This document shows, in pieces, positions 11,443 through 25,030 of a DNA stretch of 64,000 nt. The notes beneath the pieces were generated by a model. The model saw only the letters and a program-made list of their open reading frames with translations. It made no database searches and was not told where the DNA came from. Made by a program: the position numbers and the translations under genes. Each line of letters begins with the position of its first letter. Position 1 is the stretch's first letter. Source of the DNA: Mobula hypostoma (lineage: Eukaryota); the NCBI RefSeq assembly GCF_963921235.1, contig NC_086097.1, positions 47,184,001-47,248,000 of the forward strand, in the 5' to 3' direction.

Positions 11443-13172
11443 ATGTTGATTATGGGGAGCAAGGACATGGCAGACCAATTGAATAATTACTTTGGTTCTG
11501 TCTTCACTAAGGAGGACATAAATAATCTTCCGGAAATAGTAGGGGACAGAGGGTCCAGTGAGATGGAGGAACTGAGGGAAATACATGTTAGTAGGGAAAT
11601 GGTGTTAGGTAAATTGAAGCAATTAAAGGCAGATAAATCCCCAGGGCCAGATGGTCTGCATCCCAGAGTGCTTAGCCCAAGAAATAGTGGATGCATTAGT
11701 GATAATTTTTCAAAACTCTTTAGATTCTGGACTAGTTCCTGAGGATTGGAGGGTGGCTAATGTAACCCCACTTTTTAAAAAAGGAGGGAGAGAGAAACCA
11801 GGGAATTATAGACCAGTTGGCCTAACATCAGTGGTGGGGAAACTGCTAGAGTCAGTTATCAAAGATGTGATAACAGCACATTTGGAAAGTGGTGAAATCA
11901 TCGAACAAAGTCAGCATGGATTTGTGAAAGGAAAATCATGTCTGACGAATCTCATAGAATTTTTTGAGGATGTAACTAGTAGAGTGGATAGGGGAGAACC
12001 AGTGGATGTGGTATATTTGGATTTTCAAAAGGTCCCACACAGGAGATTAGTGTGCAAACTTAAAGCACACGGTATTGGGGGTAAGGTATTGATGTGGATA
12101 GAGAATTGGTTGGCAGACAGGAAGCAAAGAGTGGGAATAAATGGGACCTTTTCAGAATGGCAGGCAGTGACTAGTGGGGTACCGCAAGGCTCAGTGCTGG
12201 GACCCCAGTTGTTTACAATATATATTAATGACTTGGATGAGGGAATTAAATGCAGCATCTCCAAGCTTGCGGATGACACGAAGCTGGGTGGCAGTGTTAG
12301 CTTTGAGGAGGATGCTAAGAGGATGCAGGATGACTTGGATAGGTTGGGTGAGTGGGCAAACTCATGGCAGATGCAATTTAATGTGGATAAATGTGAAGTT
12401 ATCCACTTTGGTGGCAAAAACAGGAAAACAGATTATTATCTGAATGGTGGCCGATTAGGAAAAGGGGAGGTGCAACGAGACCTGGGTGTCATTATACACT
12501 AGTCATTGAAAGTGGGCATGCAGGTACAGCAGGTGGTGAAAAAGGCGAATGGTATGCTGGCATTTATAGCAAGAGGATTCGAGTACAGGAGCAGGGAGGT
12601 ACCACTGCAGTTGTACAAAGCCTTGGTGAGACCACACCTGGAGTATTGTGTGCAGTTTTGGTCCCCTAATCTGAGGAAAGACATCCTTGCCATAGAGGGA
12701 GTACAAAGAAGGTTCACCAGATTGATTCCTGGGATGGCAGGACTTTCATATGATGAAAGACTAGATGAACTAGGCTTATACTCGTTGGAATTTAGAAGAT
12801 TGAGGGGGGATCTTATTGAAACGTATAAAATCCTAAAGGGATTGGACAGGCTAGATGCAGGAAGATTGTTCCCGATGTTGGGGGGGGGGTCCAGAACGAG
12901 GGGTCACGGTTTGAGGATAAAGGGGAAGCCTTTTAGGACCGAGATTAGGAAAAACTTCTTCACACAGAGAGTGGTGAATCTGTGGAATTCTCTGCCACAG
13001 GAATCAGTTGAGGCCAGTTCATTGGCTATATTTAAGAGGGAGTTAGATATGGGCCCTGTGGCTAAAGGGATCAGGGGTATGGGGGGGAAGGCTGGTGCAG
13101 GGTTCTGAATGGCGGTGCAGGCTCGAAGGGCCAAATGGCCTACTCCTGCAGCTATTTTCTATGTTTCTATGT
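11443..13172 (+). mobile_element. CR1 LINE, 5'-truncated, disrupted ORF2 (copy 1)
   Basis: RT motifs KSPGPDG, NYRPV.LTS, GVPQGSVLGP and ADDTK. Has a frameshift and a stop. Tail TTTCTATG repeats. Confidence 0.95.
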
Positions 13173-13381
13173 TACCCTTGCTTCACCTGTCTGCTCTGCA
13201 ACTCACTGAATAGTTCACTGTATCTGATATAGGTAGCCATCTGTACTCTTTGTTTTTCAACAGAATTCCCAGGAACTTCATGGAGATGATTCATTACAGG
13301 TTCAGTTTATCTCACATATCCAACCAGAGCTAATAATGGGAAAGAGTTTTGGGAGTTTAACTTCCTCAAACATAACTCAAA

Positions 13382-13481
13382 AGTCCTGACGAAGGGTCTC
13401 GGCCCGAAACGTCGACTGTACCTCTTCCTGTAGATGCTGCCTGGCCTGCTGCATTCACCAGCAACTTTGATGTCTGTTGCT
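13382..13481 (+). ncRNA. Penelope-derived 3' end consisting almost only of a minimal type I hammerhead ribozyme motif
   Basis: AGTC-CTGACGA-AGGGTCTCGGCCC-GAAACGTC-GACT: conserved CUGANGA and GAAA boxes, helix II GGGU/GCCC, helix I AGUC/GACU, palindromic ACGU helix III. Confidence 0.75.
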
Positions 13482-13486
13482 CAGTT

Positions 13487-14180
13487 ATTATTTATTATCA
13501 AAGTATGTATACTGTATACAACTTTGAGGTTTGTCTTCTTGGAGGCAGCCACAAAACAAACACACAATAGAACCCATTAAATAAAACCCACAAGGTAAAG
13601 ACTGTCAAACACTGAATGTGTGAAAAAAAGAGGCGAGTGGCCATGGTAGCAGGCCACAGCAGCCGAGTCAGTTCAGTGCTGAGGCCAGTAAACCTTGCAG
13701 AATAGTGAGCTCTTGACCTTGATGCCTTGATTAAATCACACAAATAGTTTAAAAAAACATAAAGGAAAGCCCATGGGATGTGAACTGCAGTGTCCCCGAA
13801 AGTGAGCCGACACTGCAGAGTCCGTTCGGCACCCAGGCAAGTGAAGCACGTCCAGGAGCCCGATGGCTGCAGAGTGATGACTACTCCCAAACCTGGTCGT
13901 GCGGGACCCAGGAGCCCTGCACTCCCCACCCAACAGTAGTAGTGAGAAGAGAGGGAGACCGATCGAGCACACACAGGTGGCACTGAACACCTGTTGGTTT
14001 TCTTGATGATTTTAATCTTGCTTGCCGCTTTAATCAGCATGGAGCAATGAAGCTGACTATGGGTTTGTCTTCCGTTATCAGGTCTTGATAACCTGATGAC
14101 GGATATCAGGTTGCTTTGGTCGTACCTGCATTCTTGAGAGTCTAGTAGTTTTGTGAGCTGTCTGCACAGAGTCACCATTG
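13487..14180 (-). mobile_element. Degenerate LINE-derived retroposon (3'UTR-like)
   Basis: Minus strand ends ...TACATACTTTGATAATAAA, the same tail as the LINE ends at about 17190-17238 and 21425-21490. Confidence 0.5.
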
Positions 14181-14192
14181 GTCACTGGCACC

Positions 14193-14851
14193 ATTAGATT
14201 AGATTAAATTATGAGGACACTCAGTCCTCGTTTATTGTCATTTAGAAATGCATGCATTAAAAATGATACAATGTTCCTCCAGTATGATATCACAGAAACA
14301 CAAGACAGACCAAGACTAAAACTGACAAAAACCACATAATTATAACATATAGTTACAACAGTGCAAAGCAATACTGTAATTTGATAAAAGCAGACCATGG
14401 GCACAGTAAAAAAAATTCCCAAAGTCCCGATAGCCCCAACATCTCACGCAGATGGTAGAAGGGAGAAACTCTCCCTGCCATGAGCTTCCAGCGCCACAAA
14501 CTTGCCGATGCAGCACCCTGGAAGCACCCGGCCACAGTCCGACTCTGAGTCCGTCCGAAAACTTCGAGCCTCAGATACCGAACACCAAGCACCATCTCTG
14601 CCGAATGCTTTGACCCCAGACCCAGCCGCTAAGCAACAAGCAAAGCTGTGGGTTCGGGGCCTTCCCCTCCGGAGATTTCGGATCACACAGTAGCAGCTGC
14701 AGCAAAGCAGGCATTTCAGAAGTTTCCCCAGATGTTCCTCCGTGCTGTCACATCTGCATCCATTAAATCAGAATTGTGCACGGCCTCCTACTTGACAGAT
14801 TACAGATATTCATCACCGGAGAGGCCGCGCATGCTGTGTCGCGCCGCTATT
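14193..14851 (-). mobile_element. Non-autonomous LINE-derived retroposon, copy 2
   Basis: Reverse-complement match to 1846-2464, including the (AATCT)n tail. Confidence 0.75.
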
Positions 14852-14852
14852 A

Positions 14853-15051
14853 CCTCTACCACCTCCACCTCCACCTCCACCTCCACCTCCTCCTCCTCCT
14901 CCTCCTCCTCCTCCTCCTCCTCCACCTCCACCTCCACCTCCACCTCCACCTCCACCTCCACCTCCACCTCCACCTCCACCTCCACCTCCACCACCACCAC
15001 CACCACCACCACCACCACCACCACCACCACCACCACCACCACCACCACCAC
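14853..15051. repeat. Compound microsatellite (CCTCCA)n-(CCT)n-(CCTCCA)n-(CCA)n
   Basis: Directly visible. It explains the homopolymeric ORFs in all frames. Confidence 0.98.
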
Positions 15052-15271
15052 AAAACATCTTGACTCTTCTACATGTTTTCAGCCAATCTGACAACTTCAC
15101 ACTCACTGCTCCTACTTAATGTCCACTGCCTTCTTCAGGGCTTTTTGTGTCAAAGTCACAATGGGAAGATTTTACACCATGTGTATGAAGATTTCTATAA
15201 ATCATTGTTGGAACAGCAAAGACACTGCAATGAACTGACAACTTCAATTTTCTTCTGTCTGCATATTTCCC

Positions 15272-15487
15272 ACCATTGCCTGTGAGAAGTTCGTACGTTC
15301 TCCCTGTGACCACATGGGTTTCCTCTGGGTGCTCTGGTTTCCGCCCACAGTCCAAAGACAGACCAGTTGGTAGGTTAATTGGTCATCGTAAATTGTCCTG
15401 TGATTAGGCTATGATTAAATCAGGGGATTACTGGGGCAGAGTGGCTCAATGGGCCTATTCTGCACTGCCTGTCAATAAATAAATAAA
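15272..15487 (+). mobile_element. V-SINE/HE1-like SINE fragment
   Basis: V-domain-like core GTTCTCCCTGTGACC..GGGTTTCCTC.GGGTGCTC.GGTTTCC..CCACA.TCCAAAGA and an (AAAT)n tail. An older copy lies near 8960-9230. Confidence 0.7.
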
Positions 15488-16579
15488 TTTCAATTATTTA
15501 TGGAGTCGTGAACTTGGTTGGATATTGCCTTTAATTCAAAGGGAAGATCGTTGTGATTGTTTGATAATGTAAACCAGGTGCAAGTGTAGCAGTCAGTCCT
15601 CAGTCTTTCTTTTATACCCATGTACCCAGGTTTCAGTGAGTTCCGGGTACAATATGATATTGACCTTTTCCTGCATCACCTTCACCTTTATGCTCACTTC
15701 TTTGGCACGAAATTCTCAGCAGCACCACCACCTCCACTGGTGACTGTCTCATCTCCAGCTCTTAGAAAATGCTGGAGATGTGAGATCATCAATGTTCTCA
15801 ATTCCGGGCTTGTACTTTTTCATTTCTAATTCTTGATGTGACATTGCCTTTGCCTCAACACTCCCCTCCCCCAACATCCCCTCCCCCCCCATGCTACACC
15901 TGGCTCCATCTACCCGCAGCCTCACCCCTGTCCCTCATCTGGTTCCTCCTACTGGCTACCGGCCTCTGCCTCACTCCTCCTCCTCATTTCCAGATATTGT
16001 CTGACTTGCCTCCACACTCAGTCCTGGTGTGGGGTTAACCGTCCATTTGCTTCCACGGTTGCTGCGTGACCAAGTTCCTCCAGGAGTTTAGTTTTTTGCT
16101 AGAGTACTAGACTGATTTTCATAACCTGGTTTTCACTTCTATTCAGACCTCTAAATCTGCCAAGCTAGAAATAATTGTGATGTTTCTTCTTCCAAACAAG
16201 CAACTTGAATATGGATTTTAAACACTACCTAATTTAAAACGGTACGTAGTGCTGGAACGGGTTTAGTTCTGGCAACCTGTGTTGAAATTCTAGTTAGCTT
16301 CTGAAAGGAACCTTTTCACACCAGGGCTAACTGAATGATTATCAATGAAAATTAAACCAGGGCTTTCCATTTGTTTAGAGTTACGATTTTTTTGACCATC
16401 GATCCTTTGGATACTATCAGATTCCAGTACCTCGTCGCAGCACTTCAATGTTATATTTTAGTTAAACTATTTTAACTTGTAAAAAGCCACTGCTATTTCA
16501 AATTTATTAAATACTTCAGTGTCACATTAAGTAAGTTATTTGGGAGCCATTGATTTGACCTTAACACAAGACTTTCAAA

Positions 16580-17238
16580 GAACTTACGAAGAAAGCATGA
16601 CAGTGCCTCTACTTCTTTAGGAGTTTGTGCAGATTCCACATGACACCTAAAACTCTGATAAACTGCTATAGACATGTAGTGCAGAGTATATTGACTAGCT
16701 GCATCACTGCCTGATATGGAAACAACAAAGCCTTTGAATGGAAAATCCTACGAAAAGTATTGGATACTGCCCAGTCCCTCACGGGTAAAGCCCTCCCAAA
16801 CATTGAGCACATCTACATGAAGCATTGTGACAGGAAAGCAGCATCCATACAGGAGAGGCACCCTTCTCGCTGCTGCCACCAGAAAGAAGGTTCAAGAGCC
16901 TCATCGCACGCCACTAGATTCAGGAACAGTTATTACTCCTCAACCATCAGGCTCTTGAACCAAAGGGGATAACTTCACTGGTCCCATTATTGAAGCGTTC
17001 CCACGAACAATGGTCTCACTTTCAATGACTATTCATCTCATGTTCTCCATACTTACTGATTATTTATTTCTTTTTGTATTTCCACAGGCTTCGGCACTCT
17101 GGTTGGGCATCCTTTCAGTGACTCTGTTATGCTTTTTATTCTATAGATTTATTGAGTATGCCCACATGAAAATGAATCTCAGGGTTGTATATGGTGACAT
17201 ATACGTACTTTGATAATAAATTTGCTTTGAACTTTGAA
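16580..17238 (+). mobile_element. Rex1/Babar-like LINE 3' end
   Basis: Degenerate ORF end (ESIL..CIT.WYG, T.RFRNSY....IRLLN), followed by 3'UTR and a TTTGAAC tail. Confidence 0.75.
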
Positions 17239-17943
17239 GTGAAAGAGGTGATCAAACACAATGCAAAGCTCTTGTGAAATTAAGTGCACAGTTCCTGATT
17301 TGCATGTATGTACTTATCCCTAGCAACAAATTCTCCTCGTGTTTGGTCACAGACTATACAATACAGGAGCTTACCTGTGATTAAAAATTAACCCAATGGA
17401 TCATTATTGTTTAGTGAGTTCTCAAGTCACTCAAAATGTGTGATATATCAATAGACATTTTACTTTGGAATTATATAAACGTGATGCATCGAAATAAAAT
17501 ATTAAAAGGTGGTGAATATTACATTCATTTTAGAGGATGTAGGTAAGGCAAACACTTATTCTTCATTGCCAATTGCTCCTGTGAAGTCTGTTGTGAGCCC
17601 ACTTACTGAGAAACTGCAAACTCTTTGTTAGGATGCTCCCACGCTGCTATAGGTTAGTGAGTTGCAGAACTTAGGACCAATCCAAAAAAGAACGATGATT
17701 TATTTCCAATTCAAATGGATGTGATGTTTGGAAGGGAACTTTTATGGGGTGGTATTCCCAAGTGATTGCTGTCTTTGTCCTTGGGTCATAGGTTTGGGTG
17801 GCAAAGTAGTCTTTGAACAACACTCCCTCCATCGAGAATATCTTCCAGAGGTGAAACCTCAAGAAAGTGGGATTCATCACTAAGGATCCTTTCCTTTCAG
17901 AACATCCCCAATTCTCATTATTACCCACACTCAATGAAACAGA

Positions 17944-18236
17944 GTGTGGCGCGTGGCCAAGTGGTTAGGACGTTGGACTAGCGATCTGAAGGTCGTGGGT
18001 TCGAGCCTCGGCCAGGCAGCAAGTGTGTCTTAACCACACAATGCTCCAGTCTACCCAGCTGAGAATGGGTACCGGCAAAAATGCTGGGGGTTAACCTTGC
18101 GATAGATTGATGTCCTCTCTGGGGGGGGGGGGGGGTCAGTCTCATACTCTCAGTCTCTCAGTCACTTCACGCCACGGAAACCAGCATAAGCACCGGCCTG
18201 ATGGGCCACAAGACTTGTGACAGACTTTAATCTTAA
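17944..18236 (+). mobile_element. tRNA-derived SINE, full length
   Basis: A box TGGCCAAGTGG and B box GGTTCGAGCC. 13-bp near-perfect TSD TCAAT(G/A)AAACAGA at 17931-17943 and 18237-18249. Confidence 0.85.
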
Positions 18237-19942
18237 TCAATAAAACAGAAGCAGCTTCTTCTCCTCCACCATCAGATTCTTAAATGTCATTACTATGACA
18301 TTACTGAATAATGACTTACTATGTTATTATTCTTTTTTGTGTACCATTTATTTTGGAATTTATAGTAAATTTATGTCTTTGCAATGTACTGGTGCCCCAA
18401 AACAAATCTCACATGTGAGGTAATATTCAGTTGACAGAAGTCCAATCGAGCAATTAGCATTTGTAAAACTGTGCAACGTTAGTCATTGCTGGAGAACTGC
18501 ACGATCGTAATAAAACAAGAAATTAGATGGAAAGCTATTAAATAATTAAATAAATTAAATTGACGAGTATGCTACTGTGTACTTTCAATAAGTTGGCATT
18601 AATTTCTCCTGCAGGGGATTTTAAGGCATAGAGTTCACTGAAGTGAATGCTTTTATAAAGAAGTATCAGTGAAAATATAAGATTAGATTTCCTTGAAGTA
18701 GTGAAATCTAATTTTAATTTCAGAGTTCTCAGAAATCTATGATTTGGAAAACTTTACCTGGTTTTCTGACAAGTACATCATAACGTACGTGTTGAAATTC
18801 ATTGTAGTATCACTTGGTAAAAAGTCACTGACAGCGACGACGATAATTCTGTCAACCTTGTCATCTTCTCTATTGTCACAGTAAACGAATGTCCTTTTAA
18901 ACTTGAAACAAACTGAGTTCTGCATTCTTTTGCTATCCTGTATTCCTACGGTTGATGTAACACAAACCAGTTTAACAGGCTAGAAGTGCATTTGGAGCCA
19001 AATAAGGGACAAAACCATTTTGTTTTAATACAGAGATGAGAAGATCCCAGTGTTGGCCTTGAGCCATTGTTCCCATAGCAACTGGCCAAGATACAATTGT
19101 AGAAGAGAACGATGTTGAGGTTATTTCATTTGAGTCTTTTTTTAAAAGATCATTAAGGTATCATGTACCTTACTAAAGAATTTGAAGTAAGTGAAAATCA
19201 GATTTAATTAAAAATTAAACAAAGATGTTTAATTGCTTCCAAGTTTTAACATCTGTGAGGAAATTTCAATAAATTGGTTGCTTTTGTACAAAATTTCATA
19301 TTTTTAATCAATGTTGTAAAGTGATGTTTTCTTTGAAATGTATGCAAATAAATATAATCCTATAACTGCAGCAAACTTGGTCAACAAATACTATCTTTAA
19401 CGATCATCTCTGAGAACTTGCCATAAAATATCATCCACAGCCTTGTTCATTCCTGCCATTTCCTAGGTTCCTTATCACAAATCTTACCAGAAGTTTCAAC
19501 ATTATTGATTTAAATGTTTTAGGAAAATTTTATCCTAGGTGTAGTATATTGCTAAGCAGATTTTAAAAGGAATATTTTATGTTACTCTTAAAAACATTGT
19601 TTTAAAAACCAACAATAGTGCTGAACCTGCATCTTTAGTACCTCTCAACCAACATAATGTGAGAAATTCTGGACCTCAATCAAGGATTCAGTCTCCATGG
19701 CATTATCTTTCAAACGTCTTCACTTCCTGCCTATGACTTCATTCAACTTAGTATAAATTTGAACGTTCAGTGAGGATAAACATGTAAATGTATAATCCAT
19801 CTAATTAAAACACCATAAGACACTTTTTAAAAATGTCTAAAGTATAATTGATGACTGAATCCCACAACATGGTAGTTTGTTTAATTAATATAATTACCAT
19901 TCAAAACCCTCCCAGCATGAGGAAGAATGCAACTGGGTAATA

Positions 19943-21127
19943 CAGGTCGACCTTCACTAATCCGGCACCATTGGGACCTGAGGAGTGCCGGATTAGTGAA
20001 AATGCCGAATTAGAGAAGGATCACATTAAGCAATAGCTAACCGCCTCATCATACCTTTAAAATACCATGTAAATCAGTACAAGTTAGATAATAATGAAAC
20101 AGAAATATTAAATGAGTAGCAAGTGATATTTTAATGAAGTAATATACTGTACAGGCACAGATAAAATAAAGGGTACAGGTAAATGTACAGGAATTAACTT
20201 ACACAGAAAAGTTGAACACTTCTGCTTCTAAAGTGAGATGTTTAATATACCCTCAGGCAAAGTTACATGTCTGCAAGTGTGGGGTTGTCAGGATCATCAA
20301 CATCTTCATCTTGAAAAATAAGTGAAGCATCAGGAACTGGTGCTGAAACAGGCATAACAGTTTCTTCAAGAACTGTCGACGTTGGTAGCAGCACATCTGG
20401 GTGAGCAGAGGTTGATGGCACTGGATTTTGAAGAGTAACTGCATGAAACTGGAAACCATGACGCTGCTTGAACTGATGAAGCCAGCCTATAGTCACACTC
20501 ATAATCTAGTCCTAGTTCTTCATGAAATACTTTTGCTTGTTCCTTCACCATATCTCCAGATAGTTCAACACCTTCACTTACACGAAGATTAAACCACGTT
20601 ATCAGTACTTTATCTAGTTCGGAACTAGATAAGTGAACTCTTTCATTGTTTTCCTTACGCACATCTGTTTCTTTGAGCCACTATCAGCAAAAAAAGTAGC
20701 AGTTTTTCTTTCTGTTTCTTTATATCGTACACTGTGGAAGAGCCAATGTTGTAACACTCGCACAAGCTTTTCACTGATACACCACTGTCCAGTTTTCTCA
20801 AGAGTTCAACCTTATCGTTAATGGATAATGTGCGATGTTTTCACTTCACAGCACGAGGTGCATTTCCTTTACTCACTGGGGCCATAATTGGGGCTAAAAA
20901 GAGAGCAAATGATATTAATAACTGCAGGAAAACAAGCAGGAATCACCTGTCTGTGCTTACGAGGGCGTGCAACACATGAACAGATCTAGCGCAACCAAAA
21001 CCATGTGCAGCAGATTGGTATGGTGGCCCAGGAAATTTGAAATTACAGTTGCGCGGAAAATTTGAAATCAGTGCCAGATTATGGAGGGAACCGGATTACA
21101 GGTGGTCGGATTAGAGAAGGTCAACTG
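19943..21127 (-). mobile_element. Tigger/pogo DNA transposon, internally deleted
   Basis: TA-flanked TIRs CAGGTCGACCTTCACTAATCCGG and CGGATTAGAGAAGGTCAACTG. CENP-B-type HTH LDKVLITWF....GVELSGDMVKEQA.....GWLHQFKQRHG. No DDE domain. Confidence 0.9.
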
Positions 21128-22251
21128 TACAATATTAAAACAAAGAAGTCTTGAGTGATGTGGTGCAATTGCATGTGGCACCTTCCACTCCGGGACATTT
21201 TACAGATCCTGCTCTGACCTGTGAGTGGAAAGATTCCTGAGTTCTGAATGCTTTCAAAAGACTGATGGTTTGTGAAGAACAGTTTAATGCATGGCACTTG
21301 AGGAAATGTAATCCCTGAAATTATGCCCTAGAAAAATAAACCGGTGCATTCCACCTTTCCGCCATTTGGTGGGAACAATTTGATTTATATGTGATTACAG
21401 TATTTGTTTTAAGTCTTGGTAAAAAATCTCAGGGTTGTATATGGTGACATATATGTACTTTGATAATAAATTTCTTTGAACCTTTGAACCCTTTCTTTTG
21501 AGAAACATGTAATTACCCCTAAATTGTCTACTTCAATTATCCTTCCTGGGCAACTGATTTTGTAACAATCGGATCTTTAAGAGGAACCTCCTGTATTCCA
21601 CTTCTAACCTTCTAATCGGAGTGCTTGGTTCTTTGAATGATTCATCATTATAAGCAATTTAGCTGAACTAATTTGTCAGATTCTTTTGTAACTGGAAACT
21701 TTAGTTAGGTCACTTCAAAGTCTCCCTTCCAAATTGGACAAGCCTAATTTCCTCAATCTATCTTCACTAATTAAATTGCTGACACATGAAATTATTTTTA
21801 ATGCTTATGTTAACTGTAATAGCACTTTCCCCGTGAGGATAATTGACCAAAGACTTAAACTGGATAAGAAAACTGCAATAATCCATTTTGCTTTTTTTCT
21901 TTTAACTTTAGCTGCGCTGACTAGACTACTGTGGATATTTTATGATCATTACATATTAACGACACACACCTTGTTTTTAACACGTTGCTCTCTTCCTAAC
22001 TGCAACAAAGAAAACATTTAACAAATAGACTTTGTTAGTCCAATTAACACCCTCATCAAAAGTAAACAAATCCAATTGAAGTTAGAGATGAAATCAGACG
22101 CACATCAGGTTTGACAGGGTTTTATCATGCCATTACTTTCTACAAGCTGAAACTTAACATCGTGAACAGCTGTGATGCTCCACGCCCAAATGAGCTCACC
22201 ACTTGTTATGCATGCTTTGAAAAGGAGAAAATAAAACTACATTTGTAAGAA

Positions 22252-23015
22252 TCGCCGCAGCATCTGGTGACCCTGTCATCTCTGCCTTGGAGGCCGATGT
22301 CAGAAGGTGAACCCTCTCAAGGCATGCAGCCCTGACAGGGCATTAAAACTCTCACTGCTGCAGTCAGAAGTTCCTAGCTACTTCAAAAGGATGACAACCA
22401 TACCAGTCTCCAAGAAGACTAGCCCAGTTGCACTCACATCTGTGATGAGGTGCTTTCAGAGGTAGGTCATGGCCAGAGAGATTATGGACTTCGGGAAGGG
22501 GACGTCGAGGGAACACATACCAGTCATCATGAAGGGATCGGGATCAGCATCAACAGTGGAAAGGGTGAGCAGTTTCAAGTTCCTGGGTGTCAGCATCTCC
22601 AAGGATCTATCCTGGGCCCAACATAGTGATGCAATTACAAAAAAGGCATGACAGCAACTATATTTCATTAGGATTTTGAGAAGACTTTGTTATGTCACCA
22701 AAAGCTCTCACAAATTTCTACAGATGTACCATGGAGAGCATTCTAACGGGCTGCATCGAGGAGCCACTGCACAGGATCGGAAAAAGCTGCAGAAAGTTGC
22801 AAACTCAGTCAGCGCCATCATGAGCACCGGCCTCCCCAGCGTTGACGACATCTTCAAAAGCGATGCCTCAGATGATGCAGCATCCATCATTTAGGGCCCC
22901 CATCACCAAGGACACGGCTCTTCTCATTCCTACCACCAAGGAGGAGGTGCAGGAGCCCGAAGACACACACTCAACATTTTAGGAACAGCTTCTTCCTCCT
23001 CCACCTTCAGATTTC
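22252..23015 (+). mobile_element. Rex1/Babar-like LINE, fragmented
   Basis: VERVSSFKFLGV.IS.DLSW motif in ORF 22469-22651, plus remnants homologous to 4400-4500 and 16600-16970. Confidence 0.75.
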
Positions 23016-23019
23016 TGAG

Positions 23020-23583
23020 GGGGGAACAGAAATGGGGAATGGTGAAGGCCAAATACCGGAAGTTTGACAAATCAATGTTCATGCCATCAAGTTGGAGGCT
23101 ATAATTCAGATGGAATATAAGCTGTTGCTTCTTCAAACTGGGTGTGGCCTCATCGCAGCAATAGAGGAGGCCATGGACTGATTCCTGTTTCTTCCTTTCA
23201 TCTTAACTTCTTACCTGCCTATCACCACCCTCTGGTACTCCTCTTTACTTTTCTTCCATGGGGTCCTACCCTCTCCCATCTGATTCACCCTCCCCCAGCT
23301 CTTTATCTCTTTCACCAATCAACTTCCGAACTCTTTACTTCTCTTCCCACTCTCCCTCTCCTGGTTTCACCTATCACCCACCACCTTATACTCCTTCCTC
23401 CCCTTCCTTCCCCGTCTTCTTACTCTGTCTTCTCATCTTTTTTCCAGTCCTAGTGAAGGGCCTCTACCCGAAACGTCGACTGTTTACTCTTTTCCATAGA
23501 TGCCGTCTGGCCTGCTGAGTTCCTCCAGTATTTTGTGTGTGTTGCTTTGGATTTCCAGCATCTGCAGCTTTTCTCATGTTTGT
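23020..23583. mobile_element. Older Penelope-like fragments (inverted 5' piece plus plus-strand 3' end)
   Basis: 23060-23180 matches the GIY-YIG C-terminal region in reverse. 23190-23583 matches the pyrimidine-rich 3' end, with a decayed hammerhead at 23447-23482. Confidence 0.7.
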
Positions 23584-24319
23584 ATATACAGGATGTTGAA
23601 AATTTGTTGGTGTGCTACACAATTTTACATTCAATGTCAAACTTGATATTGTACTTGACTTTTACATGCTTCTGCCTGTCATTGTAATTTACCTTTCAGT
23701 GCATTGATAGTATCTGTAGAAGGTACTGACTCATGAAGGTTACATTCATTATCAAAGATCCCCACCCTCTGGGCTATTGTATCTTTACACAGCTACCATT
23801 GGACAGGAGGTACAGAAGTTTGAAGTCTCACTCCACCAGGTTCAAGGACAGCTAGTTCCCTCACTACAGGGGAGCAACTTTGTCATCACTTTGACAACTT
23901 TGCACTAATTTTGTTCTAATTGTATTCTTTCTCGTAAAAATTGTGTGTGATTTATGTTTCATTTTTTTTTCTTCTGAACACTGCTCATGTGATCCCACAG
24001 TATGTATTTGTGATTCTGCTGCAAGTAAGCTTTTAATTGCACCCCAGCATGCATTTACTTGTGCATATGACAAGGTTGACTGCTTACCTAACTACTTGAG
24101 CACAGATAATGAATTTAAACATTTGGGCAAGGCGCTTGCAAACATCTTCAATGTTAAGGTGTAGGTGTGTGCATTTTTTAAATGTTAAGATGAAAGTGGG
24201 TGGCAGGGCAAGGGGACAGATGAGACTTTGGCCCTTCTACTTAACTCCAAATTATCTTCACGATTCAACACTGTTTATTGTTGTTCTTCAGTAGTCAAGT
24301 GTAAAGAGCAAAATGATTG

Positions 24320-25030
24320 TTACTCTGGATCTGACACAGCACACAAAAAGAAAATAAGCATAAAACACAATAAATAAAATATAAAAGCAATTCTATAAAA
24401 CCTGAACTGTTGTGTGTGGTCGTATATACATAAGATTAGCTTCAATACATGGACTGATTGTAAGTACATAAAGTGATGCTGGGTGCAGGAGTATCTGTAC
24501 ATAATGTGACTCTGACAGTAAATGGTAAAGTGATTCTTGGCAGGAGAAACTCTCCTAGGTAACAACAGGACATATGAAAGCTCAGTAGGACAGTGACTGT
24601 GTCAGTGTAGGTGTGAGGTGTGGAGTGTAAGTTTAAAGTGGCAGTGCATGATGGGGGAGGAGGGTTGAAGGATGATGATTGGCTGATGTGGTGGTGGAGT
24701 GGGGTAATGGGTAGAGGTGTTGATCAGCCTGATGGCTTGGGAAAGTGACTATTTTTGAGTCTCGTGGTCCTGTCGTGGACACTACATAGCCTTTTTCCTG
24801 ATGAAAGAGGGGCAAACAGTCTATAAGCAGGATGAGTGGAATCCTACATGATATTGCTGACCTTTTTATGGCACCTTTCTGTATAATATATCCTTGATGG
24901 TGAGTAATTTGGTGCTAGTGTGTTTGACAGTTTTAACTACCGGTTGTAGAGCCCTTCTATCGATCTCAGTGCAGCATCCACACACACAGTGATGCAGTAT
25001 GTTAGGTTGCACATCTGTAGAAGGTCATGA
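24320..25030 (-). mobile_element. Rex1/L2-like LINE 3' end, degenerate
   Basis: Minus strand has remnants of the ..T.RLKNS.FP.AIR C-terminal motif, followed by a long 3'UTR. Confidence 0.55.

Noticed and set aside
14648..15106. Poly-G, poly-H, poly-T/S and poly-W ORFs
   Set aside because: Artefacts of the compound CCTCCA/CCT/CCA microsatellite, which has no stop codons in any frame.
17944..18015. Possible tRNA gene
   Set aside because: The tRNA-like head continues into a SINE body with tail and TSD, and there is no proper acceptor stem or Pol III terminator.
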